Assembly (NCBI GenBank): GCA_964187785.1
Contig: OZ076409.1
Location: forward strand, 43,650,001 to 43,714,000
DNA from: Amphiscolops sp. MND2022
Lineage: Eukaryota
DNA length: 64,000 nucleotides
Reading direction: 5' to 3'
The position numbers and the translations under genes are program-made. The notes beneath the pieces were generated by a model. The model was given only the letters and a program-made list of their open reading frames with translations. It was not told where the DNA came from and made no database searches. Shown here piece after piece: positions 24,601 to 37,284 of the stretch. Every line of letters starts with the position of its first letter. The stretch's first letter is position 1.

Positions 24601-27600
24601 TGTGGAAACGCAAAGCCCTGGGCAGTGCGAACGAAGCTGGGATGGATGCTCAGTGGACCCTTGCCTCAGCAAGAGACTGCGAAGCTTGCTACTGAAAGCT
24701 TAGTCGCTGCAGAAGTGGACCCATTAGCGGATCAAGTGAAAACTTGGTGGAGCATGGAATCGTATGCTTCCAACTGCAGCGCATCCGGAATGTCCAAAGA
24801 GGATGACAAAGCCCTCGAAATGCTCAAGGCAACCACAAAGTTCGATGGAGAGAGGTATGAGGTCGGGCTACTTTGGAAAAATGCAAAGCCGTATTTGCCG
24901 AACAACTACAGTTCAGCAGTAAGTCAATTGAAGTCTCTCGAGCGCCGACTGGAAAAGGATGAGAGCTTGAAACAACGCTACAAAGAGACAATTGACGTGG
25001 ACGTACAAAAGGGGTTTGTGAGAGTTCTGGACGAAGCAGAGCTTGAAAACACTAATTCAGACCTTCAGTGGTATGTTCCGCATCTCCCTGTGCTGAACCC
25101 GAACAAGCCGGACAAGGTGAGACGAGTGTGCAACGCTGCCTCAAAGTTCGGAGGTGTTTCGCTGAATGATAACTTGATGGCCGGTCCAGACCTCCTACAA
25201 TCGCTGATAGGAATTATCTTCAGATTCAGGGAAAAGGAAGTCGCCCTGACAGCAGACGTCGAAGCAATGTTTCTCCAAGTGAAAGTACCCCCTACTGATT
25301 GCAGAGTACTGAGATTTTTGTGGAGAGAAAACCACACTGACCCTATCTCTGTGTATGAATATGGAAGACACATTTTTGGAGCTAAGAGTTCGCCAACATG
25401 TGTCAACTATGCTTTGCAACAAGTCGGACGAGACAGCAGAGATGACAATGGGATGGTTGCAAAGTTGATCAACAGAAACTTCTATATGGACGATTTTGTG
25501 AAGTCAGTAGCTTCAGGGGAAGAAGCTGGCTGTGGAAGTGTACAAGTGCTTGCGAAAATCCTTAGCGGATCGTGGCTTTCAACTAACGAAATGGATCTGC
25601 AACTCAAAGAAAGTAATGGAAGAAATTCCTTCTGAAGATAGATCAGACGCGCTAAGTAAAACATTCGAAGCTGAACCCTTGGCACCCTCTATCTTGGGAC
25701 TCCAGTGGAATGTGGAGTCAGACAGTCTTGAGATTTGCCGCGGTACGGCAAAAGAGGTGCCTGTCAAGATCACTCAGAGAATTGTTCTATCTCACGTATC
25801 CTCTGTGTTTGACCCGTTGGGATTGTTTTCCCCCTTCACAGTGAGAATGAGATTGTTGCTCAAAGGAATTTGGAAGAAGCATGGGCAATCGTGGGACGAA
25901 CAAGTTTCTCCAGAAGACGAGATTGCTTTCAAGGATTGGGCATCGGAGTTGAGTCACATGAATGAAATGGCTATCAAAAGAAAATATCTATCGAAAAATG
26001 CTGAAGTAGTGGACTTGCATATTTTCGCCGATGCATCCCTGGAAGCCATGTGCATGGTTGCGCCTACTTTCGAGATCAGCAAACTAGAGAGCTTGCCTAT
26101 GTGGTTGGGAAATGCCGAGTAGCGCCAATGAAGCAACAATCAATTCCCCGACTAGAGCTACAAGCAGCTATGTATGGAACCCGATTAAAACAACTGATCG
26201 TAGACGAACACGACATTCAAATTGAACGAACTTTCTTTTGGACGGACTCGACAACTGTTTTGCAATGGTTGCATGGAGCTGATAAGAAACAACCGGTGTT
26301 TGTGGCGAACAGAGTCGCAGAGATACTTGACAGTTCAACCATTGATCAGTGGCGACATGTCGAAGGAACCTTAAACCCTGCCGACATCGGAACAAGAGGA
26401 AAATCCGTCCATGAATTAGAAAAGAGCGAGTGGTTCACAGGGCCGGCATGGCTTCAAGAAAAGGAAGATGCTTGGCCACAAACCTCACCACAGTTGTTTC
26501 AGCAGAAAACAGAAGACATAGAGCAAGTCTTTGAAGTCGTGTCAGAAGAAAAGGACATTGATTGGGAGAAGTTCGGTTCTTTCAGAAGAACGACCCGCAT
26601 CTTCGCCTATTGCCTTCGGTTCAAATCAAAAAGCAAAGGAAAGGTGGTAATAACAGAAGAAATGCAGCAAGTGATCCGACTGTTACTGCGGAAGAGCCAG
26701 ATGGAAAGTTTTGGTCCAACATATCAAGCATTGGCCGCAGGTAAACCAATGGCTGCATCTGATCACTTAATTTATGGACGAGCAGAACCTCATGCGATTA
26801 GGAGGACGACTGCGTCATGCTGAGGCCAGTTATGAAATGAAACATCCAATTTTGCTATCTGCGAAGCATCCAATAGTGAGGAAATTGATTGAAGATGCGC
26901 ATGAAAATAACTACCACGAAGGAACAGAGTATGTTCGCAGTATTTTGCAGCAGAATTATTGGATAATTGGACTCCGAAACGCGCTTAGAAATGTGAAGCT
27001 GAAGTGTGTTAAGTGAAGAAAGCAACTAGTCGGAGGAGTTCAACCTTTCATGGCAGACCTACCTAAAGAAAGATTGGAAGAAACAGTTTTCCCATTTGCC
27101 AACACTGGAGTAGATTATTTTGGACCATTCGAAGTGAGATTCATGAGTAAATCAATGAAACGATGGTGTTGTCTATTCACATGTTTGACAACAAGAGCTG
27201 TGCATGTTGAAATTGTGCCCAGCCTGGAAGCCGACGCATGTCTTGCTGCAATTACGAGTTTCATCGCAAGAAGAGGAAAACCGAATATCATTCTAAGTGA
27301 TAATGGAACAAATTTTGTGGGTGCAGCGAGAGAAATGCGAGAATGGATAGAAGCTTGGAATCAATCAGACATTGAGCATTCTTTGGCTCAGAAGCAAATA
27401 AAATGGAAGTTCAACCCCCCAGGAGCTCCGCATTTTGGAGGTGTTTGGGAGCGAATGGTCAGAAGCTGCAAGAAAGCTATGATGGCAATTGTAGGAAACA
27501 GAACACTGACAGATGATGTATTATCCACAACAATGTGTCTAGTCGAGCAGATATTGAATTCGAGACCTCTGACTAGTGCCAGTGATGATCCTGAAGATTT

Positions 27601-28069
27601 GGAAGCTTTGACTCCAAATCACTTCCTGCTAGGACGTGCAAGTCCAGCAACCCCATTTATTCCTGACGCTCAGCGATATACCGATCTGAGAAAAGTATTT
27701 AGAGTATCACAAGCATATACAGACATGATTTGGAGCAGATGGAATAGAGAATATTTACCACAATGGAATGAGAGATCTAAATGGAATAAAGAAGAAGTTA
27801 GACAACTGGAAGTCAATGATTTGGTTTGGATAGTGGATGAGAATGTAAAAAGAGCACACTACAAGATGGGTAGAGTGTTGGAAGTCTACCATGGAAGCGA
27901 TGGGCGAGTGAGATCAGCGTTGGTGAAAACAGAAGATGGAAAACTCAAAAGACCAGTAGTGAAACTGGCACCCATGTTCTACGAAAGTGTTTTTCGGGAG
28001 AAAAACAGGGCCGGCAATGTAGGCGCCAGTCAATTGCGAGATCAGAAACTCAAATGTGACCGTGACTGA
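21672..28069 (+). pseudogene. BEL/Pao gag-pol polyprotein with several frameshifts and stops
   Basis: PKLKLAEFSGDPLEW (Pao gag), CFKCL..CDVSGCGKPHHRLLH, protease ALCDSGAS, RT NFYMDDF, RNase H LHIFADAS, integrase GVDYFGP / SDNGTNF / GGVWERMV. Lesions near 22500, 23237 (TAG), 23525, 25525, 26060, 26770 and 27014 (TGA). The ORF ends inside the 3' LTR. Confidence 0.95.
27996..28017 (+). promoter_or_regulatory. Polypurine tract
   Basis: GGGAGAAAAACAGGGCCGGCAA immediately before the 3' LTR TG. Confidence 0.7.
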
Positions 28070-28970
28070 TGAAACTTACAACTCAAAACACTTAGAAACC
28101 TTGTCAAGGTTTTAAATGGAAAATTTACAAGTTTCACCAGAAATATGGCGTCACCAAAAAGGGCCACCCCCCCGTCTCGATAAACCACTCATTCAATCAC
28201 CTTCAAACTTGGCACACGTATAGTAGTGGTGCTATCCTAACTTTTCACTGGGAACAACCAACCCCGTATCTCCCCTGGGTTCCGAGCTATTAACACCCAA
28301 AGTGACCTAGGTCGGACCCCATGAATTACCCAATTTTTATGTATTAATTATTATGTGATTTTCCTATATGACCTTGAAGGAAATTCATCTCTGTTGAAAT
28401 TACTGATATTTACATTGTGTAAACATACTTTCTAACCCACCTGACCAACATGCCAAAACCACCACATAGTTTGTTTACTTAGCCAATAACTTCATTTTAT
28501 GCTTTAAATGTCATTTTATTTATACCACATATTTCAACTGATATTTGCTTATATTTACTGTAGAACTGTAAACCATATGTATATCATTGTTAGATAGAGA
28601 TTTTCTCCACTGAATAGCTATAGTCAAGTTGGGTCTTAGGACCAAGAGACTAATTAATCAACTTCTCAATCTTCACAACTTTTCGCTAGAGTCAGAGCGA
28701 CTAAGTAGCTACTCTCATAGTTGGAGAGCCGGAGCGCGTGAAGATACTGTGAGGGAAGTGTGTTACGGATCACATCGGATCCAAATCAGTGCAAAGAGGA
28801 ATCGCAGGAGATTCCACGGGTCACATCGGACCCACCAGTCTAAAGATACAGTCCTTTAAAACAAGAAAACCAGGATTTGTTTAGTGACGGTCCACAGCAC
28901 TAAGCAACGGATCAGGGCGGCGTAAAGCTTGTCAAGCCTCAGCGCAGGATAAAGGCAAGCAGCCGTTACA
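28018..28970 (+). repeat. 3' LTR of BEL/Pao element (953 bp)
   Basis: Near-identical copy of 20341-21295, followed by TSD ATACC. Confidence 0.97.
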
Positions 28971-31900
28971 ATACCAATACAATCGCATGATTTTGCGCGC
29001 GCATGTTCATGCCATATCTACACAGAAACAGCTTACCAATGAAACAGCTCAAGATCTTCGTCAACTCATAGGAACCGTAGGAGAACACTGAGTGGCCCGG
29101 GAGAACATGGACCAACAAGTCGATCAGTAAGATCAAATAGTATTTCTAGTACACCTCGTCCCAAAAACACTCCCTGCCGACACGAGGAAATTTTGGAACC
29201 CTCAATGACTGGAACGGATTCTCGGAGCTGAAACGATTTGAAAAAAATCCTGGAAGATGGATGCTTGGCTCTAGAAGCATCGACAATCTCAAGGCCAACA
29301 ACTGCACTCTCGCAACGGAACTACAATACCAACCCACGACAAACGTAGTCAATTGCGATTGTTACAATTGCACTCACGAAATACATCTTTGCTCAAAGTT
29401 CAAGCAACTTTCTGTTCCGAATCGCGCTGAGTTTGTCAAACTCAACAAAAACGTTGCTTCAATTCATTGAAAGCAGGTCACCGACAAAAATGCAGATGAA
29501 CAACTTGTAGAACATGCAATATGAAGCATCACACTCTACTTCATCTTCAATTACCACGACAATCACATTTTTTACAGCACAATCGCAGTAACTATTCGAA
29601 ACAATGAATCAGAAAACACAACTACTGCAGCATCATCACCACCAGAGAAGTTCACCGCTACCTCGCTCTCTCATCAAACAACCGGAACAGTATTCCTGTA
29701 CACTGCTATGATACCAGTTTTGGTAAATTTGGTAAATAGTGAAACGACCCTTTGCCGAGCACTCCTCGACTCAGGTTCCCAAAGTATTTTCATCACTGAG
29801 AATCTAGTCACACGACTAAGTCTTCCAGTGAAAAAAAACAACATTTGCGAATCTTTGGTCTGGGGGCCAAGGGCGAGCTGCAACATCGCGAAACCACAGA
29901 CGTCCTTATCACCCTCAAAAAAGCAGCAGTTATTCCAGTGAGAGCCTTCGTAATGTCAAAGCACACCAACGACTTGGTTTCATACAAGTTTCTGACATCA
30001 TCTATCTTTCGTTGGTAATGACATGCTCATCGGAGCGGAACTTTTTGAAACCATCATGTTGGTTGTCATTAGAGGTTCGACTTCAGTGTCATTTCAAACC
30101 CTCACAGCCTGTCTCAGCTCACTGAGTTGGATTCCCGAAGAAGAAACGGCATCACCTCCTCAAAGCCATCACCTCGCCAAAGAAGAACAAGCCTGCGGAC
30201 AACACTTCCAACAAACCACAACACGAAACGACGATGGATTATTCATTGTCAAACTAACTTTCAAAGAAGACGCCACACCCCTTGGTGACTCTTTTCAGCA
30301 AGCAAAACGTCGCCTCGAAAGAGAAAGAATTCTCTACTAACTTTCCGATGACGAGAGGCTCCGTACTAGATACGCAGCCTTCATCAAAGAATTTTCGGAT
30401 CTGGGACCCATGGAGAAAATCCCGGATTCCGAAATCCCGATTGCATCCAGAAAGTCATTCTACCTGCCACACCACTGTTTTTCAAGGATTCCAGAACAGC
30501 AATCAAGCTTCGTGTGGTTTTTGACGCCTCGGCGAAAATAACATCCGTAGTTCCACTAAATGACAACCTCATGGTTGGTCCGAAAATCCAAAATCATCAC
30601 CTCGAGATCTTGATCAGGTTCAGGTTTCACAAAGTGGCTTTGTCAGCCGACCTTGCCAAATTGTATAGTCAGGTACCTCTCGACAAAGGAGACCGACATC
30701 AGGCATATCGAGTCCGAAGAATACTTCATCAAAACACTTCGTGTCGTCTGGAAACCGAAACAGGACATCTTCACCATCAACGTGAAACCGACCGAAAAAA
30801 TCCCATAAACGAAACGTCAAATTCTCTCCGATATCACCTGCATCTTTGACCCGTTGGGTCTCCTCTCACCGATTGTCATCAAAATACAATCGTTCATTCC
30901 AGCACTTTGGTTAGATAATTTGTCTTGGATTCAACCATTGACTCACAACTTCTCGCAATATCATAACCATATCAGAGGCATTCTCAAGTCAAACGACGAG
31001 ATATCGACACCCTGAAAATCATTTTCGATAAGAATGAGCCTTCCAAGAACCCACTTGAACTCCACTGCTTTTGTGACGCCTCTACAACCCCTTACGCCGC
31101 AGCTATCTACATCCGTCAACCCATCAGCTAAGGAAATTTTCGAAGTCGTAGCCAGCTACTCGTAGCTAAAACACTAGTCGCACCAATTAAAACAGTTTAT
31201 GTTCCCCGATAAGAGCTCTAAGCAGCTCTATTGGAAGCGCACTTGTTCAATCAATCAAAATTGCCTTGTGTGACGAACAAGTTCCCGACCTCGAAGTTTT
31301 TGCATTGATCGATTCTACAATCACATTGGCTTGAATTAAAAACTATCCGAATAGTTGAAAAACCTTTGTTGTCAATCGCGCGGCGAAGATTCATAAATCA
31401 GTCCTGGCAGAAAACTGGAAACATGTCCCCACTGAATTCAATCCAGCCGAATGGGTCAGCAGAGGAATGTTGCCTATAAAACTTCAAAGTCACAACCTGT
31501 GGTGGCAAGGACCTAAGTGGTTGGCATGCCAGCTTCGGTGAGGTCTCAAATCGATGTTGCTCTGTCAGAAGACAGTCTAAAAGAAGCCAAAAGGTTGAAC
31601 ATATTTCTGTTCAGCTGGGCCACCGAACAGTTGTGAGGAGTAACTCTCACGAAAACAAAACCCAGAAACATCAAAGCCTTGTTCACCTGTCAGCCCGTGA
31701 ACCACCGATTGTGAACCACAACCAAGAAAAAACAGCAGCAATAGCAAAACCAGCAGAAGAAGAACAAGCAGACGATCAAGAGGGAAAGAAAGAACAACAA
31801 CAACATCTGCAGAACTCACTCAACACAATCACACCAATCGAATCGAACCCCGGAGATTACAAAGAACCCACTATTATTGACAATGCAAGACTCGTTGCAG

Positions 31901-32362
31901 CCAACAACCATTCGAGGTTCAAGAAGCTCGTCAAAGGTTTCATTTTTGTCCTCAAGTTTGTTTCAATTGTGAAACAAAAGAAGAAACCGACAGAAGGAAA
32001 AAGAATAACACACCCAACACACAAAGTAGAAAGGACAGTTACACCTTCCGGCAACGACATTGAAGAAGCAAGACTACTGATTTTGCGAACCTTTCAAAAA
32101 CAGCAGTTAACAGAATTTGAAGTCCTCAAACAAAGCAAAAACTTGCTCGGTAAGAGCACGCTTAGGGCCCTTGCTCCGTTTTCTGACGAAGAGTAACAAA
32201 TCTTTCAAAATGGTGGATGTCTCGCCAACAGCAACAGACACCACATGGTTTTCAATTTTCCAATCAATGTACCCCGGCGGTCGATTATCAACGCACTCCT
32301 ACCTCAAGACAAACTTTATCACGGAAATTTCTAGGAAACTCCAGTCAGTCTCGAGCCCAAAC

Positions 32363-35300
32363 TGTTGACAAAAGTAAGTCGAGACCGGAAGAGCTGCTCT
32401 TTCTAACATTTTATTACGGTATCCGTGACCTAGTAGCGTTGTAAGGTAGCATTGAGCAACACTGAAAAACGTTCAATGTCTCTTGCTGAGAACCAAACAG
32501 TGGGCATTGCTTTCAATTAACGTTGCATTGAAAGAAGTTGAGAAATTCCCTCTTGTTCGGAGACATTTTAAGTAGAAGCCCGCGTAGGCCTTTTGGGAGA
32601 CTCGTTGAAAGCTGTGAGCCCAGTGGCGATCGTGAAACCTACGTAGCCCTCCGAGTTGGTATTCTTGGTACCCGTAGTAGAATAACATTGATAGAGAAAC
32701 TTGGCGGTAGAGAAACGTGTATCCCACAAAAATATAATAACCAACTAACACCTGTCAACAATCATAGATCTTCATAAATATCATTCAGTTATTTGCTGTT
32801 GCATTGAATGTTACGATTTAATTTCCAATTCATTCTTCATTCATTTCTGGTTTCGATCAAAATTACATTTTAATATGGCGTTGCGATCAGAAACTTCATC
32901 GTCTAAAGGACAGTTACTTCGTTACTGCTGGAATTACTTTTATTTTGGCCAAAAGACACCAAGTCACTATCGATGGAATGGGAAAAGACGTTAGAACATT
33001 TTGCTGTGGTTGTTAATGCCAGAATTACAGAGCTTTTTACCTCTTTCCAAAAGGAGTCCGGTTGCAGAGCAATTAGTTCAGAGTTTCCTAATTTGTTCAG
33101 CTAACAGTTACAAAATTCAAATTGAGTTGAAGGACGGTGCGCGACTAACTCAACAGGTCATGGAATTCCAAACCAACTACAAAAGCAGGTATATGGAGGA
33201 AACGAAAGTGTGGTTGAACAGGGAAATTTTCAAAAACTAAACACTAAATAAGACGACGTAGCCATACAACCAGTGTTAATAACAGTGGAGAAAGAGCGTT
33301 CGGTCAGAATTGCCTTGGGTGTGCGGGCGTGAAAAATCTTGAGCAAAGGACAAGTTTTTTGAGGAACTTACGTAATGTGTAGGTGGAGACTTATTGACAG
33401 GTTCCAAAAATGAAAGTACCGCAAAGCATTGTGAAATTCAAATCATAGGCGAAAAACCAACAGGAACCTATCGTTTCATAGAAGACCATTACAGTTTAAC
33501 AAAAATGCCCGCAGAATTCAGTTACTTAGTTATAGACATAACGCTTAAAAACGTGAATTTGAATTGTACGTTTGCTTATGAACGACAACTTGATTGTTAC
33601 AGAAGGTGAAAAACAAACGTATACATGCAAAGAGTCCGTGAAGCACTAGAAGTATTAGGAAAAACCAGCTTGCATTTGGGTGCCGATAAATTTAAAGTAG
33701 CCTGTAAAACGATTGAGTGTCTGCGATAAAAAGTGTCACGTAAAGGCATTCCACTAGTAAATGGCGACGTTTAAGGAAGCAAAGAAAGATTGAACCCGGA
33801 AAATCTGGAGAATTGAGATAATCCTTAGTAGTAATCAAACAATTGAAAAATTCGTCCCAGAGATAGCTAACATTTGGTCACCATTTAGACTAATTCTGAA
33901 AAAAGCAGAGTGAAATTGTACCCACGAACATGAGGAATCTTTTTGAACACCTAACAAAGAAAGTAAAACAAAAACTGAGCAGGCCCATTCCAAACAAAAC
34001 TGGAAATTGAGAAGTATTGGGGAGTGCCAGTGAACGAGGATTGGGGGCGGTGCTTCATCAACAGCAAAACAATCGAGAATGGAAACCAGGGGCATTTGTG
34101 TTGAGTTTTTCAACAGACGTCAAAACTAAATAAAAGATGAACGAGCAGGAACTTTTGGCGGTAGGCTGGTCGATCTCGCATTTGAAACACCAGGTAGAAC
34201 GGGTGAATTTTTAGGTATTTTTTATCATAAGGCAGAAGCATCAGTATTGAAACAGAATGGAGTGAAAAAAACCTTCTGAAGCACAGTACCAAGATTAGTA
34301 GATCCCCTACTACCGTTCTAGTTTGAGTTAACTATCTATCGAGTCATCCAAGGGAACTGAAAAGAAGTTCCAAAGAAACGGAAAAACTATGGAGCGATTT
34401 CTTCACTGGAAATACTGCAACGGAAATCAATGCTACTTCTGAGATTGAGACAACTCCATTTGAAATGTCAACACCAATGAAACTGTTGAGCGCGCATGAT
34501 TCTGTAGTTATCACGAGTGGAAAGCGAACATGACCGTCGGCAGGCACCGAATGCAAAAGAACAAAACGGTAGTGAATAAATCCAATCGCTAGAGATAGCG
34601 TAAACGAACGCAATGAGGAAGTCAGTGCTGCCAATAAACTTTATAACGTGAGTCAACGCGAATGAGAAAACAACAAGAGCATGCAAACTACTGCATCCGA
34701 AATTATCGACAAATTAACGATTCAAAGTTGCCTGAATGATATGAATCTGATAAAATGCTTCAGAAAAGAATAATAATAGTAAAAACCAGGAACGGGGCTA
34801 AGAACTCAAGGTTGCCAGCTCTGTGGCAATAGAAAATTAACACGCTTAGTGTCGACAATCAAAATGTCTAATATAAGGACCAGCGTTTAGTCATACCTTT
34901 TATCTTCGCAAATCAAATCTGTGTTTAATTCATTGTGGTCATCCAGACAAAGACACAATGTTACGCTACATAGCAGCCATCTGGAGGCCAACATTTCACC
35001 GGGAAGTGATAATCACATCAAAATGCTAAGAACAGCGCAGCCCAGAATATAGAAACGTTAAACAGTTCAACAACAACTTCAGTTCGGGGAAATTCCAAAA
35101 TCGCTGAAAGCGAACAAAGAAACAGCGTTTGCCGATTCGTTTCAATATGTGTAACACGGAAAAAGGTATTTGATTGTAGTTGGATAACTTCTGGGTTTGG
35201 CCCGACGCCCGATTCCTACATAAACCGACAACGAAAAAAGGTTGATTTTTTGAAAAACCAAATACCTGGATATTGCATACCGAAACATTTTAAATATGAC

Positions 35301-36429
35301 ACGGGTTCAGTTTTTGCCGGCAAAAATCCTAACTTTTTTGCCGCCAATATCATGTTGAACACATAACGTGTCCAGTAGGCGATCACAGAGAACCAGCAAA
35401 TTGAGCTATTGATCTGAACCATCAATGAACGCCTGAGAATAAATGAAAGCTTCGTCTTGAAATGAGATAAATCAGTTTGCCGGAACACCTCTATGCATAG
35501 AGCATAGGCGAAACATTTTACGAAAAGTCGCTCTTTGAAAAACTCTACGGACGGAAACCCAATACAGTAAAGACGAAACGTCGCAGATCGATTTGAAACT
35601 TTTCAGAAACGGACCCTAAGTTTGTCTTACGCGTCTCAGATTTCGAAGAAGAAGAAGATTCCACCATTTACCATTATTGTGAGAGAAAGACAAAAAGGTC
35701 TAAGGTAGAGGGGAAATACAAAGGACGAGCGGAGAAGGTGGTGGAATAAAGTGCGCACAAAATTACATTTCTTACCAAAAAGAACAAGAAGGAAATCCAG
35801 TATACAAAAAGAGATGTGGCCAAGGACAATACACAGATGAAAGCTGACAGCTCAAAGCAGTCTCTAGTCGAAAAAAAAACATCAGCGGACGAGCCATTTG
35901 TACGAGATTTATGTTGGAGAAAAAAGAAACAACAATGACTGATTAGACAATTGAGGAATCAGAGATAATAAAAGACAGCAGTATCAAGTGAACAAACTGG
36001 CAGAAGAAAAAGACCAGATCAAATCAACCATGGAACCGAAACTCTCAAAAACTGCAAATCCGAAAAAAAATGCAAAAAGAGAGGGAACTACCAGAAATGG
36101 TCCTGCCGGAAAGAGAAGAAGCAATAACCACTAAGAAAAAAGCAACGAAATCATCAATTGAGTGGGTACGCTCCGCCAGTTTTGTCTGAAAACGGTGTGT
36201 GTAGTAGAATTACTAGAAAGATCTTGATAGAGAAACTTTGGTGCTAGACAAAATATGTATTTCATATTATCAAATAATATTTTTATTAGTAGTACTTACC
36301 AACACCTGTCAACAACGCTAGATCTACATATATATCATTCAGTCATTCGCTGTTGCCTTGTATTTAACAATACAGATCTCAATCCATTCTTCATTTGTTT
36401 CTGCTTTTGATCAAAGTTACAATTCAACA
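32363..36429 (+). mobile_element. Highly decayed Gypsy-type LTR retrotransposon lacking gag
   Basis: TGTTGA..TCAACA termini. Diverged LTR 3' ends at ~32747-32875 and ~36300-36429 (both aacacctgtcaaca..tagatct..tatcattcag..cattcttcatt..gatcaaa). PBS-like TGGCG at 32876. RT-like IQPVLITVEKERSVRIAL (~33264) and TAKHCEIQIIGEKPTGTYRF (~33418); integrase Zn-like HCGHPDKDTML..IW (~34931). No TSD found. Confidence 0.7.
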
Positions 36430-37284
36430 GTACCCCAGTGTTTACCTGATAGTGATCTGGGACCCACTTAATTCTTAGGACAGGAGTGACTCGCTCAGTT
36501 GAGTCGGGTAAAGTATTTTTCTTCAAACAGTCGTAAAAGCATTTGCAAAAGCGGGTACAAGGCCCTGTGGGTTGATTGCATTTTCCGAAGGTCTCTTAGG
36601 GTAACCTTCGTGGGCTGGTTTATCCCAAATTAATCAAGTATGCAACTAATTTCCTCTTTTTGTCTCTGCCTATTCTCCCAATTTACAGTATTTCTGGTGA
36701 TGATTGTAAAATACGCTTCCTGGAGCGCTGTTCATGGTTTCAGTGCTTCATACCAGGGCATAATAATCTAAGTGCACCAAATGTTTTTCGATCATGATTA
36801 AAGGAATAGGAGTTTCCTCCCAAAATTTGTTGGCAACAAGAAAGATCGGGAACATTTGGAAGCAGTTTCAACAAGTGTTTTTGCTGAAACGCGTGTAATA
36901 TACTTTTGCCTTAGTCTCGATCATTTGTGATCTTTCAGAAATTTCTCAACTTGAGGTTCGTTGAGTGTTTTTGGCTAATTATAACTGATTATATCTTGAG
37001 TATCTCCTTCTCAATACAGTCACGGTATCACGCAATTTGGCACGAGGAGTTAACTTAGAGCTGTTTATTGGTCTCAATGAACACACACCGACACCGAGGC
37101 GTTCAAATCATTAAATCTAAAAGGTTTTTAGTCAAATTAGGTGCAATTTTGGAGGTTGCACTCAATCAAAGCATGGTTGCTGAAATATACACAATTTTGT
37201 TCAGCAGTTTCAATCAAACCGCTATTTCATGAAGAAGAAACAAGAATTTCTGAAATCGATGCGTATATAAGCTATTTCCCCACC

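Larger units (their letters stand above)
20341..28970 (+). mobile_element. Full-length young BEL/Pao LTR retrotransposon
   Basis: TG..CA LTRs at 20341-21295 and 28018-28970, 5-bp TSD ATACC (20336-20340 and 28971-28975), PBS, PPT, and gag-PR-RT-RH-IN order with Pao motifs. Confidence 0.97.
19831..32360 (+). mobile_element. Old decayed BEL/Pao retrotransposon, split by the younger insertion at 20341-28970 and truncated before the integrase core
   Basis: Gag LPKLDLPIFSGD at ~20130. The frame TLRDRY|QYNRMILRAHVHAI joins across the ATACC TSD. Zn knuckles at ~29350-29540; protease CRALLDSGSQ at ~29755; RT N-part KLRVVFDASA..LNDNLMVGP..ALSADLAKLY at 30505-30670 (RT core deleted near 30700); FDPLG at ~30845; RNase H LHCFCDAS at ~31060; WKHVPTEFNPA at ~31415; GGCLANS at ~32210. 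Many stops. Confidence 0.85.

Noticed and set aside
20954..28859. Identical 76-aa ORFs at 20954 and 28629 as duplicated genes
   Set aside because: They are the same LTR sequence twice, with a non-ATG start and no protein features; the same applies to 38521-38757 and 44354-44590.
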